From NCBI GenBank assembly GCA_012295275.1, contig CM022670.1, positions 37,138,001 to 37,202,000 on the forward strand: a stretch of DNA of 64,000 nt, read 5' to 3'. Below, piece by piece: positions 60,333 through 64,000 of the stretch. A program made the position numbers and the translations under genes. This stretch comes from Chrysomallon squamiferum (Eukaryota; Animalia; Mollusca). The notes under the pieces were generated by a model, which did no database searches, was not told the origin of the DNA, and was given only the letters and a program-made list of their open reading frames with translations. Numbering within the stretch: the first letter of the stretch is position 1; each line of letters begins with the position of its first letter.

Positions 60333-63300
60333 TCACATCTGTACCTCCTGCATTGGTTTCAAATCTGGTGACACCTGCAGCAAAAAGCAACATTTTGTCA
60401 TTCTGGAAAATCATTAACATTATTTTAAATTATTCTAATTTTTAACTTAGTCCGTAATGCAGTATCACAAATTTAAAATTATTAATTTCATTTTAATTAG
60501 CATGTTACACTCTACATTATTACTGCTAACTTGAGTGGTATTGTTTTAAAAAAGGTACTGATGTCACATATTACTGACAACTTACTTTTATATTACCATA
60601 CATTGTTTCTTTTGGGTATTAATGAGGTCATAATTATTATTTTAAATAGGGTTTTGTAATGATTTATTGTAAATTTTAAAACAAAACTTGACTGACTGGT
60701 GTTTTGCTGTCAATATAATTATTACAATTTTTTTTTAATCATTTAGTGAGTGATTAAATAATAATAACAATAAAGAAATAAAAAAATAAAAAAACAGGTA
60801 GATAAAAAAGTAAAAAAACATAAATAAATAAATGAATAAATAAATAATAAGGAGAGATTACTTCAAATGAACAGCCTGTAACTTCAACAATATCTTCAAC
60901 TGTGATTCCATCTGCAATTTCTATCAAAGTCAGTCCTTTCTCATGATCACATTCAAAAACACCCTGAAAGATTTTTCAAAACGAGTGAAAATAAAGAAAT
61001 ATGTTTATATGAATAAAATTCAATAAGAGAAGCAACACTTTGTAAAATACTACCAAATATCCTTACAAGTTACACCATGAAGAAAAGATGAGGGGAAAAA
61101 AAAAGAAAAAAAGTTTCCTGGGTTAATTTTTGCATTCATTGTACTGAAAATAAAATTCAACAAGTTCAAGCGAAGATTTCAGTCAGTACTTCAACTTGAA
61201 ATTCAAAATCATCGAACAATTTAAATATTTGATGAATATTTAATTCATTATAGTAAATAGGTTTATAATGAAAGTACAAACATCTTATGACTGTGTGTTA
61301 ATACCTTTTCTGTGATTATCATATCCACGCAGTGGCATCCAGTCAAAGGGAGAGTACAACTGGGAAGAATCTTGTGTTTGCCTCCCTGAGAAAAGACAAC
61401 AACACATCATCAATGATACACCAGTTCTGCTTTAGTTTCAATCCACTGGTTTTTATTTTTATTTTATTTTTTTTTGTTCAGTAAATTCGTAACCTACATT
61501 GATCTTTAATGGGATAATTACATGACATTTCATTCATCTCCTCTGTCTCTTTTAAACAATCACAAATCAGTCTGATAAAAACAAAAGAAATTGTAAATTA
61601 TTATTATTTTAATAAAACAGAAGATCTCGGCAAACAGTTACAAAACAAACTACAAATGTCATGAAAACCAAATACTGGTTAAGGACTTAAAAGATTACTA
61701 AATGTAATCACATGTAAACTATATCACAAACTGAGTATACGATTTCTTATTAGAAGATGTGGCCCATTTCCCGAGTTCCCACATTTGTGATGCCATTTTT
61801 ATTCAGTTCACCTTTGCTGCATGTTCCATTGTGATGATCACCTTCGTCTTGTAACTAGACACAAGATCCATAGCTCCACCCATTCCCTTCACCATCTTAC
61901 CCTGTTAGAAAAAAATATACAAAGATAGAAAAACAAACCAAACAATAACATTTACCGACATTTCCTTTTTTAAAAATCATTATTAGATATCAAACACACA
62001 GTTTAATGTAAGCGAAATACCTAAAAATCTGTTGTTAGGACTTTTGTTGTAGTTTAGCAGAAAGAAATTTTTGATAAGCACCTTCTCACACATGGAACAC
62101 CTGAAGAACTTTTAACAATAAATAAAACAAGCCCGAGATCCTTAATTCATTTTTCATATCAGACAACTAACCATTAAACATTTGTTTATTATAAATAATT
62201 ACTGTATTTTGTATGTAAATAAATTACATCAGTTGAAAGTTATAAAACACAAAAATGAAAAAAATGTTATTAACACTGTTAGTTTGCTCACTGGAATCAT
62301 GTAGTTAGCAAGATCTCCATACTGGGAAACCTGCATTGCACCGAGAATAGACAGATGCATGTGGCCTCTGAAATATAACACAAATACAGCAATTAATATC
62401 AATTATTATATTATTTTTTGAGCATAAAACAATATCAAAAGAAAGTCTTTTCAAAAATATACTGTGTTTTGAACCCAACAGCTTGTGTGCACACATTAAC
62501 ATTAAGATTTTCAACATTCTCTAAAAAAAAAAAAAAAAAAAAAAAATTAAATAAATAAATAAAACTACAAAAAATAAATAATAATTAAAAAAAACATTTA
62601 AAAAATTAAATTAATAATAATAAATAAATAAAACTACAAAACTAAATAATAATAAAAATTTTTTTTTTAAATTAATAAATAAAATATAAAAATATATATA
62701 TATATTAAAATTTAAATTCAACTTCTGCAAAAAATCATTGCTACTGACAATTTCTTAACATTTTTAAATTTATCTTTGGATTATTATTAAATTACGTTTT
62801 TAATATTCATAAACTGAATCTTTCAACATTCTTAACAGATCTAAGCATATTGATATCTGATTTTAAAACTGCTACTTTGTTAAAATGACTCTACTGTTAA
62901 CAGAGGGACCTGGCTATTAACAACTCACCCTCTTATCATTCCAAAAGATTCATCACTAGAAAAGAAAGAGCTTCCAGGAACACTTGTAACTGTCTGTTTA
63001 CCTGCATTTATCAAATCTGCATCTTCCTCTCCTGGCCATGGAAATGGACCCTGATTAATAAAGAAATAAAGAAATAAGAAAGAAATAAAAAAAGAAATAA
63101 TTAAATAAAAATAGATGTAAGTGGAAGATCAACTTTGATATATTTTACATATAGAATTAAAAATAAAATAAATTAAAATAATAAATTTATAAAATTTTAA
63201 ATAAAACAAAGCAAAACAAATATTTAAATAAAATAAAATAAATACTTAGTTAATAAATATGATTCAGTTTATTTATTTTCACTGGATTCCATGTCTTTTA

Positions 63301-63650
63301 TCTTATTCCTTTTGTTAAGAAATATGTTGTATCTATTACTCTGTTATTCATATCTGTATTTTAGGTCATATTATATGTTCCATAAATAAGATAACAAAAC
63401 AAATTTATACAACCTGATAAGAAAATTCATATTTATTGAAGACACTTGAGCATGTATTACTTTGAAGGAGCCAAAACAAATCATTGACAAAAATGTGAAT
63501 GACACAAATCAAAATTATTAATTAGATATATATATATATATAAATGAATACTTACCAGCCCAAGAATTCCGTTTTCACTCTGAAGAGTTACATTAACATC
63601 TGGAGGGATGTAGTTACTGGCCAACATGGGCATCCCAATGCCAAGATTTA
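60333..63650 (-). CDS. OXCT1: Succinyl-CoA:3-ketoacid CoA transferase (SCOT), 3' part. Exons 63650-63556, 63050-62929, 62367-62292, 61901-61812, 61385-61305, 60963-60862, 60374-60333
   Basis: Spliced product [15 protein letters not shown]...[14 protein letters not shown]...[13 protein letters not shown]...[13 protein letters not shown]...[34 protein letters not shown]...TMEH...CTLPLTG...IITEKGVF...[13 protein letters not shown]; includes the catalytic SENG motif. Confidence 0.96.
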
Positions 63651-64000
63651 CTGTTCACAATGTAAGGATTTTCAAGAACAGAACAGATTTAAATAAAATT
63701 AATAAATATATATCTTACCTAACAATAAAACAGTATGCTTCAGTACCACATTAACATTGTAATTGTGAAGTCACAGAATAATTTCTGATAAACTTGATAC
63801 AAGTATGAAGAAAGCTTGCGAAACGTGAGATACAATCAAGAATTTGTGAAGGGAGATAATCCTCTAAGCATTCACAAAATGTATTACAAATTCTTGATTA
63901 TGGTTTACTGAAAACATATCTTGCATTATGAATATAATATATAGGTTTATTTTTATTTTATGTTTTTTTTAAATTTTTAAAATGGTAATTAGTTTTTAGT

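Noticed and set aside
60220-60420. 66-aa ORF
   Set aside because: Overlaps the real last OXCT1 exon ([13 protein letters not shown]) in a different frame.

Overview
Very AT-rich, intron- and microsatellite-rich eukaryotic DNA, probably from an invertebrate animal (taxon not determinable here). Two housekeeping genes flank the window, both 5'-incomplete: mitochondrial prolyl-tRNA synthetase (PARS2-like, + strand, 12 exons, 802-7498) and succinyl-CoA:3-ketoacid CoA transferase (OXCT1/SCOT-like, - strand, 7 exons, 60333-63650). Between them lies a ~49 kb putative immune island. (i) Five + strand copies of a full-length (~411-416 aa) immunity-related GTPase (IRG/IIGP family, GKS type), plus two decayed fragments. 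(ii) Interleaved head-to-head with them, four copies plus one orphan first exon of a different 3-exon 'mini-IRG' (198 aa, G-domain only) whose G4 motif reads TKFF instead of TKxD; two copies are intact and two disrupted. (iii) A 4-exon gene for a ~1400 aa protein with an internal intein-like Hint domain (GG|CLLGNT...FFTADHPF...LVHLN|Y) and no Hedgehog domain. The array also carries NF-kB-like and STAT-like motifs, deleted FLYWCH-MULE and Tigger/pogo elements, mosaic (recombined) gene copies and a templated inverted insertion. All gene models were built by hand from splice sites and reading-frame phase; no database searches were run.
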